Positions 12,730-23,714 of a stretch of 48,170 nucleotides of DNA are shown piece after piece. Both the position numbers and the translations under genes were made by a program. Below the pieces are notes generated by a model. That model was not told the origin of the DNA, made no database searches, and saw nothing but the letters and a program-made list of their open reading frames with translations. The DNA is taken from contig JAUCBJ010002933.1 in assembly GCA_032718475.1 (NCBI GenBank), forward strand, positions 1 to 48,170. The letters run 5' to 3'. The first letter of the stretch is position 1; every line of letters begins with the position of its first letter. The DNA comes from Nemertoderma westbladi (lineage: Eukaryota; Animalia; Xenacoelomorpha).

Positions 12730-14373
12730 CTCCTCAGCTTCCGAATCTCCTCCTTCCTCCTCTAGTGCTACTTCCCCTGAGCCCAGGTCCACCTTCTTCA
12801 TCGGTGGCCAGGCTGTCCTGTTGTTCAGGAATTGTGGCCCGTGCTGCCACAGTACTTCCTTCTTCAAGAAAGTAGGGCGTGCCACGCCCCTCGATAACAA
12901 GTCCGCTGGGTTCTCATCCATTGGGCATTAGTGCCACCTTTCCAATTCCGTCGTTGCTCCTATTTCGTCCACCCTATTTGCGACGAATATAGGGTATCTC
13001 GTCCTTTCATTGTGTAGCCAACCAAGCACTACCATGGAGTCCGTCCAGTAGTGTGTTTCCACTATGTTGGGAATAGCGTCCATCAAGTAGGCTGTGGCCC
13101 TAACTCCTAACCTCGCAGCTGTCAACTCGAATTTCAGAACTGATGCTGAATCTGGCGGTGTCGACTTCGCTTTGCTGAATGCGAGTCTGGGCTTGTGAGC
13201 CCCCTCTCGTTGTACTAAGTAGAGTGCCGCTCCGTATGCCTCTAATGACGCGTCGGAGAACATATGTAGATCCAGATTCGTCATGTCCCCATCCGGGAAA
13301 TACACACGTGGCATGCTGTATGTTCCCATCTGCTCTAAACTCTCTGTCCACTTGCACCACTGCTTGCTGATCTCTTCCGGTACCTCTGTGTCCCACTCGT
13401 CCTTTAGCTTGTATACCTTCTTAAGTATTTGCTTCCCCGTGACTAGTAATGGGGATGCTAGGCCTAAGGGATCGTATATCCTTGCTATGTACAATACATA
13501 GCCCCTCTTTGTGTGGATGTCTGCCCCCTCCAGGCTTAACTGGTACTTCAACTCGTCTGTCTCTCGGTTCCACACGATCCCTAATGCCTTCTGTTGGGAC
13601 TCTACCCTTTTGTTCACCATGTCCTGTCCCTTGGCTGTCGTGGGATTACCCATGGTCGACTCTGGCCTCCTATCCTCTATGGCTTTCATGAACTCTTGCG
13701 AGCTGGATTGGAACTTGGTTAGGTTAAACCAGGATCCTTTTAGGATGTCGCGAACCTCGCGCCCCGTATCCAGTAGTTCCTTAACCGTATTTCCAGACTC
13801 CATCCCGTCGTCTACATAGAAGCTGCGTCGAATCATATCGACGGCTTTGGCGCTATATTTATCTTCCTTCCCTTCTACCGTGTCCCTCACGGCCACAGTC
13901 GTCGTGAAAGAGGATGACTTGGCCCCCATATTCTGTACTACCATCTTGTACATCGGTATTGTTGTCGCCGTTGTACCATAGGAAGTGCTGACTGTCGCTA
14001 TCCTCTTCCGTTACACGGACTTGGTTGAACATGCCTTCGATGTCGCAGGTGAAGGCGTGTTTCCCGTTCCTGAATCTGAGTAGGACCTCGATCCCTGAGT
14101 TATAGATATTGGGACCCTCCAACAGATAATCGTTTAGGCATTTGCCGTTGGTCTTAGCCGATGCGTCAACTACCATCCGCAGTTTACCTTTCTTTGGATC
14201 TAGAGCCACGTGGAGTGGCAGGTAATAGGTCCTGTCCGTGTTTGGTTCATCGACCGGTAACTCTACGGCCCATCCTTTCTCGACATACTTCCTAATCGTC
14301 TTATGATTGTACTCATTCTTTTCGGGGCTGCTGCGCGAAGGTCCCACGAACGTCAACGCTTCTTCTGGCCATT
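12730..14373 (-). pseudogene. BEL/Pao pol fragment (RT and RNase H)
   Basis: YYLPLH, RMVVDASA, CDIEGMFNQV, FYVDD, YDPLG, FSDAS, WTDS, NPADLLSRG; frameshift near 13955 and stop at 12928. Confidence 0.92.
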
Positions 14374-14375
14374 CC

Positions 14376-15020
14376 ATTCTTTTTTCATCTTTCATTATAT
14401 ACCTTATTTCGTCTTCTTTCATTACACCTTTTTTGTAAATCGATTTACCATTCCTGTATTGACAGTATTTCAAATGATGCACTTTTTCCGCTTCAGCAAA
14501 GAAGTGTGATTCAATATTTGGGCATTGAATAATCTTTTGATTTGGATGATTTTTTCGACATTTTCTTATATGTCTGACGAATCCTCTCTTGTGTTTCTTA
14601 ATCATCTTGTGTTTCACAGATGATGGTCCAAAATAACCATTCAATGAAATATATACATTATAAATATCATTCCTATGTACTTTAGTCTTCACTTCATTAT
14701 TCATACATATATCATCATGTCTCAAACGGTCCAGGAAATCACGTGGGTAGCCAGATACAAAACAATCAGTTAGATATCTGTCTCTCGCCTTATTATATTC
14801 AATAGTATCTCCGGTTAAACGCCAAAACCTAGTCAGTTTACCTTTCTCCACTGATTGTAAAAGGTGGTTACTATGGAAACTATTATAAGGTATTGGTAGT
14901 TTGTGGGATAAGGGTTTGAAAAATACACTAGTATTAATGAGTCCATTATTGGGGTTGTGTTTAAGGTTTAGGTCTAGGAAGACTCTATATGAGTTGGAAA
15001 AATCAAAAGTAAAACCCAAA
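14376..15020 (-). pseudogene. Penelope-like element RT C-terminal/thumb fragment
   Basis: VFLDLNL...TSVFFKP...SFHS...GKLTRFWRL...GYP matches the PLE thumb pattern (FLD...VY.KP...S.HP...R..R...GYP). Base composition shifts at the junction with the BEL fragment. Confidence 0.7.
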
Positions 15021-15101
15021 GTATTGCTACTATAGTAATAGTACTATAGTAATTGCCATATTTAATTTATTTTATTTATTTTATTTAATTGCCTACTTTA
15101 A

Positions 15102-15816
15102 CCCTTTGCATACTGATTCAAAAATAAAGTGTCCTGCGAGAATCCTTATATTTTCACAGGTGTTATTTTCGAACTAAGTAAAATCTATATATAATACTTT
15201 AGTGCATGAAGCTATGGTAGACCAAAAGGAACATATTATTTTGATAAATTTTTCTGGGCCATTGCCCTTTGGTTGACATTAAATGTTTGACGTACTAGGT
15301 ATTTCATGCAGCGCCATACATGACATACTTAGTATGTATATCAGCGCACTTGCATGATATACATAGTATGTATATTAGTGCTCTTGCATGATATACTAGG
15401 TATGCATAGCAGTCCTCTTGTATGACATACTGGAGCGCATTCCGATGTCTCTTATACTGTAATACCCCATGTTGTTAGATCAAAAACTAAGGAGAAAATT
15501 GCATTATCTTGAATATAATATGAATATAGCCAACTGAGCCTATCCCAACATATAATATGATAAAAATATGATATATTATCAACTGAGATAACACTGAGAC
15601 AATGAGTGATCTTGCCACTATACACACACAGTCCACACTATGCCTTATTTGTATCAATATGATAACGCTGGAAACAGTTACCAATACAAAGACCATGCTT
15701 GTCTGTGCAGGTTTGGCATTGAAATCTGGATACTTTACGTACCCCTTTGGTGAAACATACTCGGCAGCATTTTTGGGGCCTTTGGACATTCTCTGTAGGT
15801 AGGATTTTCATTACAG
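15102..15816 (-). mobile_element. piggyBac transposon 3' end with Cys-rich C-terminal domain
   Basis: TTAA|CCCTTT terminus at 15098-15107, imperfect subterminal repeats ~15290-15430, and PQKCCRVCFTKGVRKVSRFQCQTC...LCIGNCFQRYH (piggyBac CRD) in ORF 15638-15838. Confidence 0.8.
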
Positions 15817-16345
15817 TAGGGTTGGGGGAATCTAGCACTTTTCCGAAATTTGAAAAATGCCAGGCATCTTTGCCATTTTTTTATGAGGAATCCGAATTCG
15901 TTGGAATTTTGGACTAAAAATGTTCCTAGATGGTGGTGACATGGCACTTTTTGAAATTGAGACAAACTGGGTGTCAAAAATAGCTTTTTTTGTTTACAAA
16001 AGGAAATAACATGACTAAATTCATATGATAATTGTTGGTTCTATGGTTTTCTGGGTTGCTGAATCCAAATATGATGTCAAAGTTATAGGAAGGATGTTGT
16101 ATTTATGTAGGGTTGAAAGGGGGTACAAAACTATGAGCAAAGATGCTGCTAGTGAAATAGTAGCTCAAGAATTTGTTCATGATTGGATTGCAAAAAATGT
16201 CTATCCTAGAACAGTACGATCTGCTGCTAAGCAGATAGCAGCAGATTTTAAGTCGTTTAAAGCACTCCGAAGGGAAGAAAGGCGGACGTTTAGAAAAAAC
16301 GTGATAAAATGGGTTAAAAAGCTGAATAATTTAATATTAAGATGA
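15817..16345 (+). mobile_element. hAT (hATm-like) left end and transposase N-terminal fragment
   Basis: TAGGG terminus truncating the piggyBac ORF; ASEIVAQEFVHDWIAKNVYP...QIAADFKSFKAL resembles hATm-type N-termini. Confidence 0.5.
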
Positions 16346-16359
16346 CAAGTAATGCATAT

Positions 16360-16810
16360 GACATACGTTCGGAGAGCCATCAGATCCATGCATTGGCCGA
16401 GGACTGCGATAGTCTGCGCTTTCTTTGGTATCCAAAAAAAGGATCTATCAGTTGAGCCAACCACATACCAGATGAAAGTGCGGATTTTCGGGGCCCGAGA
16501 TAGCCAGGACGGTGCACTGTTTGTCCTTAAAGAAACAGCAAAGAGACAAGCAGATAAGTTTGCTGCCGATGTAATACACACAGTCCAACACGACTTTTAC
16601 GCAGATGATGGCTTAAAGAGCTGTGTCACTGAGGAGCAAGCCATTAACATAGCTCACAACTTACAGGACTGCTTAGTGGGTGGCGGATTTAAACTGAAGA
16701 AGTTTGTATCCAACTCTGCCGCACTTGTTGAATCTTTCCCAGAGGAAGAACGTGGGAGTGGTAATATCGAACTCGAGTTCGAGCCAATGTCTGTTTCCAA
16801 GGTTCCTGGA
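16360..16810 (+). pseudogene. BEL/Pao RT fragment
   Basis: YQMKVRIFGARDS...DFYADDGLKS...GGFKLKKFVSNS. Confidence 0.85.
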
Positions 16811-17539
16811 CGAGTTTACAGTGGATACGAGTATCCATCTACCATATATCAATCAGCAGTTACTCTCATAGTTTCGAGAGTTTGCATAGTTCTAAAGGTC
16901 GTTCATTAGTCTCTGCTTAGGAAAATTATTTTAAGACAAAACAGGACGAGCTCAACAAGGCTATGAAGGAGAAGAGTATTGTAAAACTAAAGATGTCATA
17001 CTTAACTTAAATATCCCTCGTTAGAAGGTTTACAAATGGCAGTTAAAGTGTGTAAGGGCAAACTGGAATGGATCTCTGTTTCTACAACTAGATTATCACA
17101 AACTGATAGCATCGCCTTCATTCATACATTTTTTGGGAAAGATGGTGTTCGTATATCTAATATCATAAATCATATTTTCGATTTTTAAGAGCCACCCTAG
17201 CAGCTATTCCCCGGCATTTAGCTTGCAGTAATTCAATATGAGCCTAGTTTTATATGTGGTTGGTTAGTTATTAACACAACTAATTTGAGACAGCTTTAAG
17301 ACAACCTCTAACCGGAATTATTTTGATATCGTCCTACATTTTCACATTGTAGATTGTTATTTTAGTATGATATTCACCCGATGTATTGTAGTAAGAACTG
17401 TATCTGACAGTCTATTATTTATTATTATACTGTAGGACAATCTACATTAGGTCCATCTCAGTAATTCTTTTTAAGGGTAAATCTTTACGACCTCTGCATA
17501 GCTCCTAGTAGTTCTTAGTTCAACTACTTAAAAGTAAGA

Positions 17540-19130
17540 ACCACCCATCATTCCATGACAGAGATAGTTAAGAATATCGTATTGGGTTATTTCAACTCTG
17601 CATCATATTTCAAGGGGAAGCCATTCATTTCTAAGGTCAACTGGACAAGCGCAAATGATTGCATCAAACTGATAAGTCAACGACAACTCGTGAAATTAAT
17701 CAATAGTAAGTACAGGTGTGGAATGAAGGATTTCACAAGAAACAGGGCATCTGCCAGAGTCTTATCATCAAACTCAATCATTGAGTTTACCTCCTTCTCC
17801 TGTCTCTCTAGGGATGACCAAAGGGTGATAGTTTTGCGGAAGCTCTTGATAGCCTCTCTGGCCAAGGAGATCTTGGATCATAGGTGAGATGATATTTCAT
17901 CTGCACCAGTTGATCCACTTCAGGTGGCCATCTAAACTTTCACCCTTTATTCCACATTTCTCACGCTCCTCTACCATCACCAACTTCTACTGCCCAATAT
18001 CACAGACTGACAGTTCTACAAAACCCTGATCAGTGGTGCCCAACTGCATCTGAACCTGGAATTCAATAGTAGCAAACGTGTTGAGGTTTTGCTTGACATA
18101 TTTTTGACTGTTACGTTGATCCTCCTCAATGGAGTCCTTCCATTTCTGGAGAACCTGTACATGGGTCGGATCAAACCTTAGGTAAAATCATGTATTGCAA
18201 GCTTGCTCTTAACCGATTGTGCACCCCAGTCATAGTCAGTTGTGACACCCACCTCTTCGCAATCACTATCATCATCAATAACTCTGAGGCAGTTAGGAGG
18301 TGGTATGATCTCTCCTTCACTATCAGCATCATCTGAGGCATAACAAAAACTCAGGTTCCTCCTACAACCTTTGTCCTCAAGGACAGAGTCGCTTCAAGGA
18401 TGACTGAACAATGGGTAGTAGGGGAAGGCAAGTTTATCATTGAAGGTGATGCTGAAAGTGAAGGAAGATCTACAGCAATCTGCCCCTCATTAAGGTCTCC
18501 GTTGCCAATACCAGCGGGGCTGGTTGCAGTCGCAGTACTGGTAATAGTCTGACTAGGCCTACAACTTGCAGCATAACCGCTATTAGTGGAACTAGTAGTT
18601 CCCAAGCTAGTGGCACTAACAGTGGTACTGATTGGCACACTAGATGGAGCTAGAAGTACCACAAATATCAGCTACCAAAACCCCAGCACAAGCAATGGAG
18701 CCTCTGATACCACTACCTGCCTGACTTCCTACATTTCTATATTTTATAAAGTCATTGCCTCTTAATGATATAACTTTGTTTAGCCCTTATCACCTTTTTT
18801 ACCTAGCCACGAAATAACCCAATCAGACAATACTTCAGCCCCCGCCCCAACATTGTTTGCACCCATAATTTGCCTAACTACTGTATAAATAGAATCTTCT
18901 AGATTATTGATGACCTTTGTAGATTTAGATTGGGACTGTGCTTCTTTAAATTCTTGCATTCGTAGTTTGGATTCTTCCTTACTTAAATTATGAACTTTCT
19001 GAAGATGTGTAGGGAGGTACTTCTGTGGCCTAGTGGGATCGCAGATAGTGCAGTCGTATATATAGCGGATTGGTTTCGAAGGAATAACTTTGGAGGGTCC
19101 AGTGCCAGTTGGGGTAGAATCATCTGAATC
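17540..19130 (-). pseudogene. Decayed unidentified ORF with an N-terminal C2H2-like finger
   Basis: CTICDPTRPQKYLPTHLQKVH near 19050-18990, then Ser/Thr-rich and acidic stretches; several stops and frameshifts. Confidence 0.4.
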
Positions 19131-19991
19131 AGAATAAGACTTTAGATAAGAAAGAATGGAGAGTGAAAAAAGCCTATTCCTAAACCTATTCTTAAAACCT
19201 ATTCTAGGTAGGTGGGGTGCAGTGCCGGATTAAGCCTCAGATGGCCCTAAGGCACATTTTAGTAATTTCCAAAAATGGCCCGAAAATTGATATTTTTCCG
19301 CAAACCCTTTCAAAAGAAAAGCTGCTAAAAACAACTGAAATTGTGAAAATGTTGCGAAGGAAATATCAAGTTTTTTTGTCGGATTACTGCGTGCAAATAA
19401 GTACTAAGTACTTTAATAATAAGTACTTCGCAAAAATAGTTTTCATCAAGAATTTTGAACATTACTAAACGGCATATTATGCCTATAAATCCTTTGCTAT
19501 AAAATGTGTAATGGTTTTGGTAGAACTTCCGAAGCTTTAATTTTTAATATATCAATGGGGGACCATTACCCCAAATCTATTTGTTTTATTTATAAAGCTA
19601 CTATTCTGAAACTTTAATACAATTATCTGTGATCTTATATATACTATTAAATAGCTAGCTTCATAAACTCTTTGTTCGAAAAATATGGGACTTTTTGAGC
19701 AGGTCGGTTTTTTCAAAAATTCTATAAATTTGTGGCATTTCTATGTAAATTAGCTCATGTTTAAGGATCTGTAATACCCTGCATTTAAGTTCTTGGTCCA
19801 AGACTTTGGTAAAATGGACCTAAAAAATGTAGGCTATTTTCTATGATGATTTTAGCACAAAATTATTGTTTTTGAAAAATTTAGGGGGGTTTTAGTATTT
19901 CCGGGCTATATTTTGAGAATAAATATTTTGTGATAGACAAAGTGTAACAGTTACAAAATCGGTTCTAGAAGATCCAATGGCCATGTTTTAA

Positions 19992-20864
19992 CCCTTTCCG
20001 GCCGACTGTATATTTTTGTATACACTGAATTTATTTCACTACGAATTGCATAATTTTAACTAATTATAGTTGGTTTCATCCAATTGAGGCACTATCACAC
20101 TTCCCTTACTTATAAATTACCGATTCTGATTGGATAATTGTAGTAGAAGGCTTCAATGAACGAACGATTTTAGATGCCGTGTTTTCAGGTATTGACATGA
20201 TGACTACCTGGCATAGGAAAGATGGTTATTTAAATGCTTTGGCAAAGCGATATTGAGAATTTTGATTGGGTATTCCAAAGATGGATTGTCCAATGAGATA
20301 ATAATACTTCCAGAATAAACTTTACAGTACAGGTAGGCTGGTTATTGATAAACCACTGTATACATTTGTCTACGTTAGGTTTATACAGTTGGGGAGTAGA
20401 AGTGGTGCAGCCACAGTTGTGGAGTAGATGTGGTGCAGCACCGTTGGGGAGTAGATGTGATTCAGCCATCGTTTGTGTGATGTGGTGCTTCCACCATTGG
20501 GGTGTGTGTAGGCCTAGATGTTGTGGTGCAGCCACCATGGGGAGTAGATGTTGAGCATAGGATAGTAGAGGTGATGTAGCCACCATTGTGGATAGATCTG
20601 GTGCAGTCGCCATTGGAGAGTAGATGTGGAACAGCCTTCATTGGGGAGTAGATGTGGCGTAGCCACCATAGGGGTGTAGATGTTGACCATTGGGCCTTGG
20701 GAGTAGATGTGATGCAGCCACTATTGGGGAGTAGATGTGGTACATCCACCACCGTAGGGGTGTAGATATGGTGCAGCCACCATTGGAGAGTAAATCTGGC
20801 GCACCCACCATTGGGGACCAACCAATTTTTTTTCCTAAATTAAATTAATTCAGGCCGGAAAGGG
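19992..20864. mobile_element. piggyBac-type MITE carrying a minisatellite
   Basis: 12-bp perfect TIR CCCTTTCCGGCC / GGCCGGAAAGGG; TTAA on the left, TTTTAA on the right. Confidence 0.65.
20385..20818. repeat. ~29-bp minisatellite, about 15 degenerate units
   Basis: Consensus near GGGGAGTAGATGTGGTGCAGCCACCATT, head-to-tail. Confidence 0.9.
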
Positions 20865-20998
20865 TTTTAAAAAACCAACGATAGTAGTACTAAAGCTGCA
20901 GAGCATTTTGGTATATGTTTGATGGAAATCGAGTAAAAAATAAAATAGTAGTAGGGAATTTAGTGATGAAAAAAAGTCAAAATTGACAACCTGAGAAA

Positions 20999-21949
20999 AC
21001 GCCGATATATTTATATGTAACTTTAATATGTAATGCGATCGACACTGCCAGATATTTTCCAGGTATTTATTCCTTCTACTAATAGATATTAGTTTTCTTA
21101 ATGATTTTATGAAATTCTTGTAATCTTACTCTTATTTTTTTTCCTGTATTTTATATTTATGTCATATATATCTTATATGTTTCTTATATGTATATTATAT
21201 GTATCTTATGTATCTTGTATCTTATATGAATCTTATATGTATCTTATATATCTTGTATCTTATATGTATCTTTTATATATCTTATCTATCTTATATTCTC
21301 AATCTTAAAATTTAATACAAATTAATCTCACTATAATATACTATTTAGTAATGATTATGTCGGCTGCTCTGAACTTATAGACCTATCTCTTATAAGAACT
21401 ATAATACTTATATTTACTATATCCTTATATTACTATATCGTTATATTATTACTATAGCTCTGTATTATATTTTATACGCCTACTCTATTTATAATATATA
21501 ACATTTGTTTACTATCTGTTTAAAATATTTTTAAATGTGGTTGATTTTCAGAATTACTATGTAAGCTTAAGTTATAATTATGTAATAGTAATTACGAAAA
21601 CATAATTATTGTGTCATTTATGCCTGCTAATATAGTACAATGTCATATAATTTTGCACCACTTTCACTACTAGTAATGGTTTTATAACTATGTGGGGCGA
21701 GCCACGAAGTGAGCGAAGCCTTAGAATATGGGTGCCATTGGCGATTTGTTGTCAAACTTGGCACGTTATGTAGTGCGTCAAAAGCTTAGAAAGAGTCTGA
21801 AGTTAGGTCAAAAAGAAACTAACACAACACGGCACTACATGAGGACAATTATTGTGTTGAAGACTTTTTACTAACGGCAGACAACTCGTTAATGTTTCCC
21901 ACATGCTAAAGGCTTTGCTCACTTCGTGCTCCGCAAAGGCCTCATGAAC
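20999..21949. repeat. ~950-bp AT-rich direct repeat, copy 1
   Basis: Nearly identical to 22674-23627; contains (TATCTTATA)-like simple repeats and an internal inverted repeat (~21698-21724 and ~21906-21931). Confidence 0.95.
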
Positions 21950-22371
21950 ATGTATGCTCATTATGTAATCCCGCCCTGGAAATAAATATTTTATTATCTA
22001 TTATTTACAAAAACCTATACTTATTCTTTATAATATTTAATATAAACGTATACAATAGTGTAAATAAAATTTTGATACCTACATAAACATAAATTATCAC
22101 ATATTATATAGAAACACTTACATCATGAACACCATTGTGTTGTAACTTAGTCGAGGTTTTTTGGACGGCTGTTCTCCTTTTCTGTCCCTTTTCTTTTTCA
22201 CTCCGTTAGATACATGCAGTATCACAGCTTCCATGAAGGTGTGAGTCGAAGTCCCTCCCCTGGCCACTACTGCTTTAAGTTCAGTTGGAAGATTATTCAT
22301 TATATTATAAGGAGATTAAAGATTAAATTAAATGAGATTAAGTAAATATTTCTTAGTATTGCTAATTCTTA

Positions 22372-22638
22372 GTATAAATACAGAAAGATCTACTGTATAA
22401 ATACAGAAAGATCTATTGTATAAATACAGAAAGATCTACTGTATAAATACAGAAAGATCTACTGTATAAATACAGAAAGATCTATTGTATAAATACAGAA
22501 AGATCTACTGTATAAATACAGAAAGATCTATTGTATAAATACAGAAAGATCTACTGTATAAATACAGAAAGATCTATTGTATAAATACAGAAAGATCTAC
22601 TGTATAAATACAGAAAGATCTATTGTATAAATACAGAA
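22372..22638. repeat. 23-bp tandem array, about 11.5 units
   Basis: GTATAAATACAGAAAGATCTA(C/T)T repeated, with the C/T variants mostly alternating. Confidence 0.95.
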
Positions 22639-22673
22639 TGATAGGCATCATATTGCCCTGAATTGATTACACC

Positions 22674-23627
22674 ACGCCGATATATTTATATGTAACTTTA
22701 ATATGTAATGCGATCGACACTGCCAGATATTTTCCAGGTATTTATTCCTTCTACTAATAGATATTAGTTTTCTTAATGATTTTATGAAATTCTTGTAATC
22801 TTACTCTTATTTTTTTTCCTGTATTTTATATTTATGTCATATATATCTTATATGTTTCTTATATGTATCTTATATGTATCTTATGTATCTTGTATCTTAT
22901 ATGAATCTTATATGTATCTTATATATCTTGTATCTTATATGTATCTTTTAAATATCTTATCTATCTTATAATATTCTCAATCTTAAAATTTAATACAAAT
23001 TAATCTCACTATAATATACTATTTAGTAATGATTATGTCGGCTGCTCTGAACTTATAGACCTATCTCTTATAAGAACTATAATACTTATATTTACTATAT
23101 CCTTATATTACTATATCGTTATATTATTACTATAGCTCAGTATTATATTTTATACGCCTACTCTATTTATAATATATAACATTTGTTTACTATCTGTTTA
23201 AAATATTTTTAAATGTGGTTGATTTTCAGAATTACTATGTAAGCTTAAGTTATAATTATGTAATAGTAATTACGAAAACATAATTATTGTGTCATTTATG
23301 CCTGCTAATATAGTACAATGTCATATAATTTTGCACCACTTTCACTACTAGTAATGGTTTTATAACTATGTGGGGCGAGCCACGAAGTGAGCGAAGCCTT
23401 AGAATATGGGTGCCATTGGCGATTTGTTGTCAAACTTGGCACGTTATGTAGTGCGTCAAAAGCTTAGAAAGAGTCTGAAGTTAGGTCAAAAAGAAACTAA
23501 CACAACACGGCACTACATGAGGACAATTATTGTGTTGAAGACTTTTTACTAACGGCAGACAACTCGTTAATGTTTCCCACATGCTAAAGGCTTTGCTCAC
23601 TTCGTGCTCCGCAAAGGCCTCATGAAC
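22674..23627. repeat. ~950-bp AT-rich direct repeat, copy 2
   Basis: Nearly identical to 20999-21949, offset 1675 bp. Confidence 0.95.
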
Positions 23628-23714
23628 GTCATGATCGTGTCATTGTTGATAATTTAGAATATTATAGCGTTGCGGCGCGAATAATAGAACTAGGGAAATT
23701 AAAGCTTTAATGTG

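Noticed and set aside
19219-19260. hAT-type element starting CAGTGCCGGATTAAG
   Set aside because: No matching opposite TIR or TSD found in the window.
20385-20818. CRISPR-like array
   Set aside because: Units are head-to-tail with no unique spacers, no cas genes, eukaryotic context.
22372-22638. CRISPR or iteron array
   Set aside because: Pure 23-bp tandem repeat with no spacers and no Rep gene.
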